From a virus (taxonomy: Duplodnaviria > Caudoviricetes): 42,448 bases of DNA. Under the pieces are notes generated by a model. The model did not search any database and was not told the origin of the DNA. It worked only from the letters and a program-made list of their open reading frames with translations. The DNA is taken from the IMG/VR virus record IMGVR_UViG_3300022179_000883, positions 1-42,448 of that record; one strand, given 5' to 3'. The translations under genes were made by a program, and so were the position numbers. How positions within the stretch are numbered: the stretch's first letter is position 1; each line of letters opens with the position of its first letter. Of this stretch, positions 7,020 to 14,895 are shown piece by piece.

Positions 7020-7362
7020 TCATGGCGGCGTCCTCGACAGAGCGAGCGACGCCGGCCTTCCCTCCGGCATCCACCACGGCGGCAATGAACCGCTCCTGTT
7101 CCGGCGTCACCCGGCCCTTCTCTGTCTTGGTCTCCACCGCAGTGAACACGGCCACGGTACTTCCTACCATCTCCGGCGTAACCGTTACCCGCGTCCATCC
7201 GATCAAATCACTTCCACCAGGATTGCACACGCCGTAGCGGATGTGCTGGCCGTTGCGGTCTTGGAGCACGCCAACGTTGTTGCGGAATAGGCGGACGGGG
7301 CCGCGGCCTAGCTCTAGGAGGATGGCGTTCAGCAGGTTGGATTCGTCTCTACGTCGCGCCAT
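6985..7362 (-). CDS. VRR-NUC (PD-(D/E)xK) nuclease
   Basis: RLFRNNVG...GSDLIGW...AVETKTEKGRVTPEQERF...GGKAGVARSVEDA. Confidence 0.9.
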   Translation of the reverse strand: MARRRDESNLLNAILLELGRGPVRLFRNNVGVLQDRNGQHIRYGVCNPGGSDLIGWTRVTVTPEMVGSTVAVFTAVETKTEKGRVTPEQERFIAAVVDAGGKAGVARSVEDAAMITTLPEVPSKP

Positions 7363-7366
7363 AGCT

Positions 7367-7708
7367 TTACTCCGGCTCTATGACCGTGTACCCAAGCGAC
7401 TTCAGGTATGCAACTAAAAACCACTCTGCCGCGCCACGGTGCATCCTCGATGTGCTTGTCAGCTTCCGCGCTCGTTGTAAAACAATGTCATCAGCGGCTA
7501 GCCAATCAATGACGTTCCGTACGGCAACCTTTCCCATGTTAGGGAGCCGCATTAGTTCTTCCTCTGTTACGCAGCTAAGAACCGCCTTCAGCTTGTCCTC
7601 TGCCTCTTGCGTAAGCACGGTTCCGATGGTCCATGTTTCATCTTCACCCGGAGATGGCAAATACTCCGCGATCAATGCGTTTCTGGCTCTTGTGCATAGT
7701 TCAGTCAT
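7367..7708 (-). CDS. RNA polymerase alpha-subunit CTD-like protein
   Basis: ELCTRARNAL...TEEELMRLPNMGKVAVRNVIDWL aligns by eye to RpoA-CTD ELTVRSANCL...[23 protein letters not shown]. Confidence 0.75.
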   Translation of the reverse strand: MTELCTRARNALIAEYLPSPGEDETWTIGTVLTQEAEDKLKAVLSCVTEEELMRLPNMGKVAVRNVIDWLAADDIVLQRARKLTSTSRMHRGAAEWFLVAYLKSLGYTVIEPE

Positions 7709-9078
7709 CACACTACTCCTAATTTCTTGTTCCTTGCATCCCAGATATGTTGCGCCCACCCAGGCGCGTAACCCCGTTGCCGCCCCAGTTCCTGCAAGCC
7801 CTCCAGCGTGCGCGCCTTCGCCTGCTCTCGCGGCACCTTCTTGCGCATGGCGGCAACGTCCAACTCCACCAGCTCTCCGGCCTGCTGTAGCAGCTCGCGC
7901 GGCTTAGGCTCCGCGCCAAACTTCTCCCCGCACTCGCGGCACACCGACGCCGACACGGGATTGACGGCATAGCATACTTTGCACGTCTTGATCGTCTGCT
8001 TTGGCTTGTCATCCTTGGCCTCGCCTGACAGTTTCCACTCCCGGTCATCTATCGGCAAGCCATGCGCCATGCAGTTGCCGGCGTGGTCGAGCAGGATGGC
8101 TTCCTTCTTTCCTTCCGCGGTACGCAGGATGCGGCCCGTCTGCTGAATCCATAGCCCGAGGGACTTGGTGGGGCGCAGGCTGATGCCGGTGACGATACCG
8201 GGCACGTCGAAGCCCTCACTCACAAGGTCGCACGAGGTAAGGACCATGATCTTTCCAGCCCGGTAGTCATTGATGATGCTCTTGCGCATCGCCCGGTCCA
8301 TCGTGCCGTCGATGCTGATGGCGTTGACGCCAGCGGCCATGAACTGCTCACTGACGTGGCGGGCATGGGCCACGCTCACACAGAAGGCGACGGCGGGAGC
8401 GCCAGGCGTCAGCTTCTGGTAGTGGTCGAGCGCGTCGCCCGTGATCTTGGGCTTGTCCACCGCCTTCGCAAGTTGCGAGGTCACGTAGTCACCCATGCGG
8501 ACCTTGACGCCTTCCATGCTGGCAGGGGGCGGGGCGTAGACGCGCAATGGGGACAGCGCACCTTGCTCTATGAGTTCCATCGCAGTCGGGCCAAGGATCA
8601 TCTCGTCGAATGAGGCGTCTAGGCCGGCACCAGAAGCGCGGCAGGGCGTGGCCGTAACACCGAGGATAAGTGCGTGAGGGTTGTACCCAGTCACCTTTTC
8701 CCAAGTTGACGCCACCGTATGATGGGCCTCATCAACAACGAGCAAGTCAGGCCGCATATATTGATCCAGTCTCTTGACCAGCGTGAATACGGAAGCCACC
8801 TGCACTGCTTGATTTGGCTGCGACCTGAACCCCGGAGCAATGATGCCGTGTGGAACGTCGAAAGCGCGCAGCGACTCCGAGACCTGATCTATCAACTCCG
8901 TGCGGTGGACCAGGATCGTGACGCGCTTCTTCTTCAGCATCGCGTTGTGCGTGATGTATGAGAACATGACTGTCTTGCCGGAGCCGGTGGGACTCACCAG
9001 CAGCACGCGCCTGATGCGGCGGCGGAAAGCGTCGCGGATGTTTTCTATCGCAAGGGCTTGGTAGTCGCGGAGGATCAT
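7708..9078 (-). CDS. SF2 DExH helicase with C-terminal Zn finger
   Basis: LRDYQ, PTGSGKT, DEAHH, TATP, EGFDVP, QQTGRILR, CKVC...CREC. Confidence 0.95.
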   Translation of the reverse strand: MILRDYQALAIENIRDAFRRRIRRVLLVSPTGSGKTVMFSYITHNAMLKKKRVTILVHRTELIDQVSESLRAFDVPHGIIAPGFRSQPNQAVQVASVFTLVKRLDQYMRPDLLVVDEAHHTVASTWEKVTGYNPHALILGVTATPCRASGAGLDASFDEMILGPTAMELIEQGALSPLRVYAPPPASMEGVKVRMGDYVTSQLAKAVDKPKITGDALDHYQKLTPGAPAVAFCVSVAHARHVSEQFMAAGVNAISIDGTMDRAMRKSIINDYRAGKIMVLTSCDLVSEGFDVPGIVTGISLRPTKSLGLWIQQTGRILRTAEGKKEAILLDHAGNCMAHGLPIDDREWKLSGEAKDDKPKQTIKTCKVCYAVNPVSASVCRECGEKFGAEPKPRELLQQAGELVELDVAAMRKKVPREQAKARTLEGLQELGRQRGYAPGWAQHIWDARNKKLGVV

Positions 9079-9272
9079 TTAAGCGCCCGCAACCGCTTCA
9101 GAACGTCATTACCTTGCGCAATTGTGTCCGCTACTTTTTTCCTGTGTTTATGCAGCGTTGCCGCCACTGCTAGTTGGAAGTGATACTGCCTAATGTGCGC
9201 TCGCCTTTTAGCGGCTGGCAGCGCCATTAGTGTGCTAACGAAGGCGGTTACATATGCGGGTTGTTTCTTCAT
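9075..9272 (-). CDS. Small basic protein, possible regulator
   Basis: 65 aa, K/R-rich; first gene after a divergent promoter; ATGA overlap with the helicase. Confidence 0.6.
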   Translation of the reverse strand: MKKQPAYVTAFVSTLMALPAAKRRAHIRQYHFQLAVAATLHKHRKKVADTIAQGNDVLKRLRALK

Positions 9273-9355
9273 GCGGATAGCCTACTATAAGAACAGTTGC
9301 ATTGCTATAAGAATAGGCGTATATAGTTTCTCAGGCTTTGAAACGAGGTGCAGCG
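9273..9355. promoter_or_regulatory. Divergent promoter region with tandem CTATAAGAA repeats
   Basis: CTATAAGAA at 9285-9293 and 9305-9313; TATAGT -10-like hexamers on both strands; AT-rich. Confidence 0.65.
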
Positions 9356-10081
9356 ATGAGTAACGCAGTAGTCCCCTACAACGAGATGGAACGGATGGCC
9401 GTCACCGTCGCCAAGTCCGGCCTGTTCGGCGTCAAGGACAAGGATCAGGCGCTCGCGCTGATGGCGCTGTGTCAGGCCGAAGGCATCCACCCGATGACCG
9501 CCGTGCGCGACTACCACATCATCAAGGGCCGTCCGTCGCTGAAGGCAGAGACGATGCTTGCCCGCTTCATGCAGAACGGCGGCAAGGTCGAGTGGCACAC
9601 GCTGACCGATCAGAAGGCGGAGGCGACATTCTCTCATGCTCAGGGCGGCTCCGTTCGCCTTGACTGGACGCTGGATCGCGCGAAGCAGGCCGGGTTGCTT
9701 GGCAATGAGACGTGGAGCAAGTACCCGCGCCCCATGCTCCGCAGCCGCCTGATCTCCGAAGGCGTCCGCACCGTGGCCCCTGGTATCGTGCAGGGCGTCT
9801 ACACGCCGGACGAACTGGAGAACTCCGCGCCCGAGCTGGTGACGGTATCGGCGGAGCAGGCCGTGCAGACGTTTGACACCGCGCCTATCGAGCAAGACCT
9901 CTCCAACGACGCCGTGACCAAGATCCTCGAAGCGCCGACGATGGAAGCCCTCAAGGCGACGTTCGCCGCCGCCTACACGATGGCGAAGGATGCCAAGGAC
10001 GACAAGCGCATGAGCTTGTTCAAGTCGGCGTATGACGGGCGAAGGGATGAGTTGATGGTCATTACGGAGGCTGGCACATGA
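9356..10081 (+). CDS. RecT/Bet-like single-strand annealing recombinase
   Basis: YHIIKGRPSLKA...WSKYPRPMLRSRLISEGVRTVAP...GVYTPDEL; close to a Gp157-family gene. Confidence 0.75.
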   Translation: MSNAVVPYNEMERMAVTVAKSGLFGVKDKDQALALMALCQAEGIHPMTAVRDYHIIKGRPSLKAETMLARFMQNGGKVEWHTLTDQKAEATFSHAQGGSVRLDWTLDRAKQAGLLGNETWSKYPRPMLRSRLISEGVRTVAPGIVQGVYTPDELENSAPELVTVSAEQAVQTFDTAPIEQDLSNDAVTKILEAPTMEALKATFAAAYTMAKDAKDDKRMSLFKSAYDGRRDELMVITEAGT

Positions 10082-10311
10082 GGCACACATACCTCGCTGA
10101 AGCTGACGCGCAGATCGCGTTCGTCAAATCGGCGGCGGATCACTTCTCTGCGCATCCTGAGCATTCGACATACACGGATGGCGAGATCAAGTCCGGTTGC
10201 CTGTTTGCTGTCCGATGGGGCTTGAGGAATGACTGCGTTCTGGCCTTCAAGCTGGACGAGTATTTCGAGCCAATCGTTTACGGCGAGTGCATCAAGAGGA
10301 GCGCGACATGA
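10078..10311 (+). CDS. Hypothetical protein
   Basis: ATGA overlaps; GGAGG RBS. Confidence 0.7.
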   Translation: MRHTYLAEADAQIAFVKSAADHFSAHPEHSTYTDGEIKSGCLFAVRWGLRNDCVLAFKLDEYFEPIVYGECIKRSAT

Positions 10312-10814
10312 GCGACCTCCACCTCTGGGAACTGTCCGAGCGCTACAAGTCCCTCCAGTTGCTTGCCGAGTCCGACGAGCTGCCGCCTGAAGTCATCCGT
10401 GACTCGCTGGAGGGGCTGGAAGGCGACTGGGAGGACAAAGCGGAAGCTGTGGCCGCGTACATCATGAACATCGAGGCTGCGGCGGATGCCAAGGCGGAAG
10501 CCGCCAAGGCCATGCAGGCCCGAGCCAAGATGCTCCAGACGCGCGCCGACAGCCTGAAGCAGTACCTGCTGCTCCAGTTCCAACTTCTCGGCAAGACGCG
10601 CGTCGAGCGGCCCATGTTCACACTCATCCTCAAGAACAACCCGCAGTCGATTGTGGTAGATGACGAGACGCAGGTTCCGGCGCAGTTCGTGGTGCAGAAG
10701 CCACCACCGCCGCCGACCGTGGACAAGAAGGCCGTGGGCGCCGCGATCAAGGCAGGGCAGGACGTGCCGGGATGCCACGCCGAGGTCTCGCAGCGGATTG
10801 ACATCGTATTGTAA
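10308..10814 (+). CDS. Siphovirus Gp157-family protein
   Basis: LWELSERY...EDKAEAVAAYI...LKQYLL...NPQSIVVDDETQVP...VDKKAVGAAIKAGQDVPGC. Confidence 0.9.
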   Translation: MSDLHLWELSERYKSLQLLAESDELPPEVIRDSLEGLEGDWEDKAEAVAAYIMNIEAAADAKAEAAKAMQARAKMLQTRADSLKQYLLLQFQLLGKTRVERPMFTLILKNNPQSIVVDDETQVPAQFVVQKPPPPPTVDKKAVGAAIKAGQDVPGCHAEVSQRIDIVL

Positions 10815-10816
10815 GG

Positions 10817-11035
10817 ATGGGGACTAACCCGATGGACGACAACAACGCAACTCTGACCGACTACGAACTTGCCGCAAGGTGGCAGGTGAGTACGCAGGCG
10901 CTCTACCAGAGACGACGCAAAGGCCAAGGCCCTTCATTCAAGATGGATGCTGGCGTTCCGCGGTATCGGCTGGCGACGATCATCAAGTGGGAGCAGACGG
11001 GCAAGCGGTTGCTGCCGAGGAAGCGCAATGGATAA
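10817..11035 (+). CDS. AlpA/excisionase-like winged-HTH DNA-binding protein
   Basis: LTDYELAARWQVSTQALYQRRRKGQGPSF...RYRLATIIKWE. Confidence 0.8.
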   Translation: MGTNPMDDNNATLTDYELAARWQVSTQALYQRRRKGQGPSFKMDAGVPRYRLATIIKWEQTGKRLLPRKRNG

Positions 11036-11159
11036 CGCCTGCCGCTACTGTCACTGGTTCGTCAACAGGCTGTCCGGCCCGTGGGGCGTCCTGCGGCAGA
11101 TGCAAGCCACCAAACTTTGCGACAAGTTCGAGCGCGAGCCGGGGAGCGACGATGAGTAG
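11028..11159 (+). CDS. 43-aa Cys-containing protein
   Basis: MDNACRYCHW...LCDKFEREPGSDDE; GAGGA upstream. Confidence 0.55.
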   Translation: MDNACRYCHWFVNRLSGPWGVLRQMQATKLCDKFEREPGSDDE

Positions 11160-11406
11160 CCTGCTGTGCTGTCTTTACGCCTTCACTGAACTGGCGATGC
11201 TGGTGCCTCACGACAATCCTCTGCCGATGGATAGGCCATCTGTCGTGAACCCTTACGCCACGCTCGGGCTAGGTTGGGACTACTCCACCCGGCGCACGGT
11301 GACGTACATCCAGGTCACGCACACATCAGGGGCCAGGATAGGGGATCAGGGCGACGACGCGATCAGGGTAGGGACGCGGGTTTACTTTGGGAGGCGCGAT
11401 GAGTGA
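11152..11406 (+). CDS. 84-aa beta-rich protein, PagL-like barrel-fragment candidate
   Basis: Amphipathic strands; VTHTSGARIGDQGDDAIRVGTRVYF. Confidence 0.55.
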   Translation: MSSLLCCLYAFTELAMLVPHDNPLPMDRPSVVNPYATLGLGWDYSTRRTVTYIQVTHTSGARIGDQGDDAIRVGTRVYFGRRDE

Positions 11407-11677
11407 TCTAACCACAAAAGAACATGCCGACGTGCTGATGCACAACGGCCAGCAGTACGTCCACATTGATTTCCTGATGCGGCAGAAGGCTGACCGCGAC
11501 AGGCTCCAGGCTGAACTGGACCAGATTAGAGATGGCAGCGAGTCCGTTGCGACGCTTAACGTCCACAGCTATCGCGGGCACCTTGAGAATTGGGACGTGG
11601 ACTACAGCGGCAATTTGCCTGACGGCTCTTACCCCCTGTATCTGCGACCCGCTCACGAACCGGAAGGTGGCCTGTGA
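11399..11677 (+). CDS. Hypothetical protein
   Basis: GGAGG RBS before ATG 11399. Confidence 0.7.
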   Translation: MSDLTTKEHADVLMHNGQQYVHIDFLMRQKADRDRLQAELDQIRDGSESVATLNVHSYRGHLENWDVDYSGNLPDGSYPLYLRPAHEPEGGL

Positions 11678-12147
11678 GCGGATGGTACTCAAGGTGGTGC
11701 TGCGTCGCTTGCCACCACTTGCTGTCGGGTAACGAGCGAGCTTATTCCAGTGGAACATGTCCGCATTGCGGGAACCGTTCCGGCAATACGTTCGTGAATT
11801 CCTACCAGCGAACATTTCGACAGCTTCCGCGCTCGCGCTGGTGGAAGTTCTGGGAGCCGCCCATGAATGAATGCGACGAATGCCCGGTTTGCGAGAAGTG
11901 CGGCGCACCGATTACCACAAATGACCAGCGCAAGTTCGAGCCATTGCGGCTTGAGTTCCCAGACGGCAAGACAGAAATCCTCTACATGGCCGGTCAGGTT
12001 GATCCTGAGATCGACCGCCTGACCGCCGAGCGCGACAGGCTGCGGGGGGCTTGCCAGTACGTGCTTGAGGATGAACCAAGTGGAATCCCTCGCGCCAGCT
12101 ATTCGTGCCGTGTATTTGTCCGCGCCGCCCTCAAGGAGCAGCCATGA
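11674..12147 (+). CDS. Cys-rich multi-module protein
   Basis: CVAC, CPHC, CDECPVCEKC; GTGA overlap. Confidence 0.65.
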   Translation: MSGWYSRWCCVACHHLLSGNERAYSSGTCPHCGNRSGNTFVNSYQRTFRQLPRSRWWKFWEPPMNECDECPVCEKCGAPITTNDQRKFEPLRLEFPDGKTEILYMAGQVDPEIDRLTAERDRLRGACQYVLEDEPSGIPRASYSCRVFVRAALKEQP

Positions 12148-12692
12148 ACGCCTGCCACGAATGCGGGATGGTATGCCATCCGAACGAGTATCACCCTTAT
12201 GCGGCCTGCCTGATGTTCAGGGGATGCCATGACGCGGACACCGTGCGTGCCAACTTGATCGGAGCACCTAACGAACCGAAGCCCGTGCAACCCGGCTGGA
12301 CCCTATACCAGCGCGTCGGCAGCATCGAGGCACGGCCTTACGAACCAGATGACAGAAACAATCCGCGTATCTCGATAAGCATGGCGGATGCCTTGAAGCC
12401 GCTGGATGGTGGCATGGTGGCGCGCAACCCCGCAAACCACGATGACCTCTGGTACATCGCTCGGGAGTATTTTGCCAAGCACTACGGGTCAGCTCCACCG
12501 CCGCCAGATGTGCAGCCACGAGTGACGTATGCCAAAGCCTGTGCATTGCTCGCGGAGCTTGTCGTTGCTTTGTCAGACCGTGAGCGCTGCGGCGCTGAAA
12601 TGCAGCCACAGTACATGGCGGCTTTGAATGCCTGCTTGTCTGCAATGGGGCACGACCGACCCGCTCCAGCGAAGGGAGATAGCCGTGGGTGA
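12144..12692 (+). CDS. Modular hypothetical phage protein
   Basis: ATG 12144 after AAGGAG; Cys/His N-terminal module plus ARPY...GGMVARNPANHDDLWYIAREYF domain. Confidence 0.75.
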   Translation: MNACHECGMVCHPNEYHPYAACLMFRGCHDADTVRANLIGAPNEPKPVQPGWTLYQRVGSIEARPYEPDDRNNPRISISMADALKPLDGGMVARNPANHDDLWYIAREYFAKHYGSAPPPPDVQPRVTYAKACALLAELVVALSDRERCGAEMQPQYMAALNACLSAMGHDRPAPAKGDSRG

Positions 12693-12806
12693 TCCCGGGA
12701 CTCCAATAGATCCGTTAATGACCATGCCGAGGATGAGTCCAAAAGCCCTGCGCAAGTTCATGCGCGAGATTATGGAGATTGTTCGAGCCGCTCAGGAAAC
12801 GTGAGC

Positions 12807-12974
12807 ATGGCCGCAACATGCACATTTTGCGGAAAGCCCGTGCGGAGGCTCTACGGACTGGACCTGCTGGGCCGCGTGTACTGCCGCAGATTCCTGTGCG
12901 GTGCCTCTATTGAGACCGGGAAACAGCTTCGGCGGTTCGCGTCGTGGCTCTACAGAGCATCGCAGCGTCGATGA
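12807..12974 (+). CDS. 55-aa Cys-containing protein (not in ORF track)
   Basis: MAATCTFCGKPVRR...YCRRFLCGA; AGGA upstream. Confidence 0.5.
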   Translation: MAATCTFCGKPVRRLYGLDLLGRVYCRRFLCGASIETGKQLRRFASWLYRASQRR

Positions 12975-13000
12975 ACAGCCCATAGCGGAGAAGGTAGGCC

Positions 13001-13147
13001 ATGAGCATATTGGATCGGATGCATTGGGGCTGGCTGCTTTACTTCTACGGTGGAATGATTGCCGCGATTTTTGCCGATTCAAGCGCAGGCATTGCCATGA
13101 TGATCTTTGCGGTCGCGTGCAATGTTCGCGTGACCATTTCTGAGTGA
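13001..13147 (+). CDS. 48-aa membrane protein (not in ORF track)
   Basis: MSILDRMHWGWLLYFYGGMIAAIFADSSAGIAMMIFAVAC..., two hydrophobic segments. Confidence 0.55.
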   Translation: MSILDRMHWGWLLYFYGGMIAAIFADSSAGIAMMIFAVACNVRVTISE

Positions 13148-13395
13148 CGGAGCAGAGGAACATGACCATGCAAACCGACGACAAGCCCCGCCTGGTGCGG
13201 GTGACGGACCCGGTGGAGATTGAGGCTGTAGCCAAGGGCTGCGCGGGTGACCTGTCGTGTCCGCGAGGGATCTCGTACTTGGACTACGGCAACGGGTACG
13301 ATAGCAGGCAGGAAGTCTGGTACGCCGACGCAGACGAGCTGGCGAAGTGGCGGGCGGTTAACAACACACCCGCCGACCCTACAACTGCGGTTTGA
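13144..13395 (+). CDS. Hypothetical protein
   Basis: Last rightward ORF; real start may be ATG 13162 after GAGGA. Confidence 0.65.
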   Translation: MTEQRNMTMQTDDKPRLVRVTDPVEIEAVAKGCAGDLSCPRGISYLDYGNGYDSRQEVWYADADELAKWRAVNNTPADPTTAV

Positions 13396-13858
13396 TCTCC
13401 CCGAGCAGGGCGTCGAGCCGATCGGCGTTTCTCATACACTCCGCTAAGGCGTCGCCAGCAACTCGCGTAATCTCGTCATCGACCGGCGTTCCGCTGGCGG
13501 GAGCAGTTCCGGGCTCACTACAGGCTTGAGGCACTGCACCGCGACGGGCTGAAGCCTTGGCGTCGCGCAGCCGGCGAGCAAGGTCAAGCCCGCGAGCGTC
13601 GCTGTCAGCAATGCGTTTCTGGTAGTCATCGAGTATCCCTCTGTTGCGTTCCTGAGCCTCTAGGAGACGCGCTGCGTTGTCGATCTCAGTCTTGGCGGCA
13701 AGGGCGGCGATGTCGGCTAGGTTGCGGTCCCACTGCGCTTGGATGCGGGCCTCTCCTACCTCGATCCAGTGCCCGCGTAGCCACAGGACGCCTGCGGCAA
13801 CGGCCAGCGCAGCCAGCCCGTAGGCCATCAGGCGGCGGTTGGCGAGGAGCCAGATCAC
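13379..13858 (-). CDS. Rz: Inner-membrane spanin (i-spanin)
   Basis: N-terminal TM plus coiled coil, downstream of the endolysin, with an embedded lipoprotein ORF. Confidence 0.85.
   Translation of the reverse strand: MIWLLANRRLMAYGLAALAVAAGVLWLRGHWIEVGEARIQAQWDRNLADIAALAAKTEIDNAARLLEAQERNRGILDDYQKRIADSDARGLDLARRLRDAKASARRGAVPQACSEPGTAPASGTPVDDEITRVAGDALAECMRNADRLDALLGEIKPQL
13444..13629 (-). CDS. Rz1: Outer-membrane spanin lipoprotein embedded in Rz
   Basis: Lipobox LLAGC, Pro-rich, different frame inside Rz. Confidence 0.85.
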   Translation of the reverse strand: MTTRNALLTATLAGLTLLAGCATPRLQPVAVQCLKPVVSPELLPPAERRSMTRLRELLATP

Positions 13859-14100
13859 TGCCCCGCCTGCAACGGCGTCTGTTCCCGCTGCCGCTGGAAC
13901 CAGAATGACAGGATCAGCCCGACGCCTGCCGTCAGGACGCCGAGCAGCGTCAGGAAGGCATCCTTGAACGACTCAGGGACATGCACGTTTCCGACCATGA
14001 ACTGATACATCAGCACGAAGTAGCCGCCGATGAAAATTCCTGACAGCACAACCTGCGCCGTCATCACCAGCAGGACGCGAGCTTGGTGGGTGGCCGTCAT
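13855..14100 (-). CDS. Holin-like protein (2 TM)
   Basis: Two hydrophobic helices; lies between endolysin and Rz. Confidence 0.65.
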   Translation of the reverse strand: MTATHQARVLLVMTAQVVLSGIFIGGYFVLMYQFMVGNVHVPESFKDAFLTLLGVLTAGVGLILSFWFQRQREQTPLQAGQ

Positions 14101-14561
14101 GCTTTCTCTAGCCTTGCCATGAGTTCTCGCGCCCGGTTCGGCGTCTGCGTAGCCCAGGCGCTATCCAACCCTTCCGCCGCCGCTCCCGAGTAGTCGTGCC
14201 GAGAGAGGTAGCCAAGCATCTGCCGGAAGTTCAGCAGCTTCTGGCACCCGAGCTGATAGCCCATCTCTACCAGTACGTTTTGCGCTTCGCTTGAGAGGCC
14301 GGGCCAGAATGACAACTCGGAGACGAGCGTCTTGACGATAGTGTCAACCTCACGATCCATGAGCCAGCGCGATCCGGCGCGCGTGATCTCCATTGTCAGG
14401 TGCCCGTTGTCGAGCAGATAGCGGATCTCATGCCCGGATAGCGGATTGGTCTCAAGGCATCGCCCGATGCCAATTGTGTGCAGCAGGCGGGAGTCGAGAT
14501 AGGGATGAGCGCGGAAACCCTCATGCGTCTCGATGCTGTCGAGCAGGGCGGCGCGGTTCAT
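14097..14561 (-). CDS. Endolysin, T4-type lysozyme (GH24)
   Basis: HEGFRAHPYLDSRLLHTIGIG gives the E-x8-D-x5-T triad; DSAWATQTPNRA. Confidence 0.92.
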   Translation of the reverse strand: MNRAALLDSIETHEGFRAHPYLDSRLLHTIGIGRCLETNPLSGHEIRYLLDNGHLTMEITRAGSRWLMDREVDTIVKTLVSELSFWPGLSSEAQNVLVEMGYQLGCQKLLNFRQMLGYLSRHDYSGAAAEGLDSAWATQTPNRARELMARLEKA

Positions 14562-14884
14562 CGATCGGACCTCTGGAACAGAGCATCAACGCGCTTTCCG
14601 ACATCCTTGATGGCTTCAAGGATGCGATCCTCGCGCCCGTCTGCTTTCTTCTGCATCTCAGTAAGCTGCTCATGCACGGTTTGCTCATGCCGGTGATAAG
14701 TGTCGCGGCTCACGCTGTTGAGTTCGAGTTCACGCACTTTCTCGATCAGTTGCGTATGGCTCACTTCAATACCCTCAATACGCTTCTTGAACAATCCAAG
14801 AACCCAAAGCGCAACGGCACCAAGGGCTGATACAAGCCACTTGATGATGTCGACCAGCGTGGTCGGCTCTGTCTCTGGAGTCAC
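14558..14884 (-). CDS. Single-TM coiled-coil holin/antiholin-like protein
   Basis: TM IIKWLVSALGAVALWVLGLF then coiled coil; directly upstream of the endolysin. Confidence 0.6.
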   Translation of the reverse strand: MTPETEPTTLVDIIKWLVSALGAVALWVLGLFKKRIEGIEVSHTQLIEKVRELELNSVSRDTYHRHEQTVHEQLTEMQKKADGREDRILEAIKDVGKRVDALFQRSDR

Positions 14885-14895
14885 TCATATGCCCC

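Noticed and set aside
12685-12804. 39-codon GTG-start ORF filling a gap in the rightward operon
   Set aside because: Plausible, but too short and featureless to support as a feature
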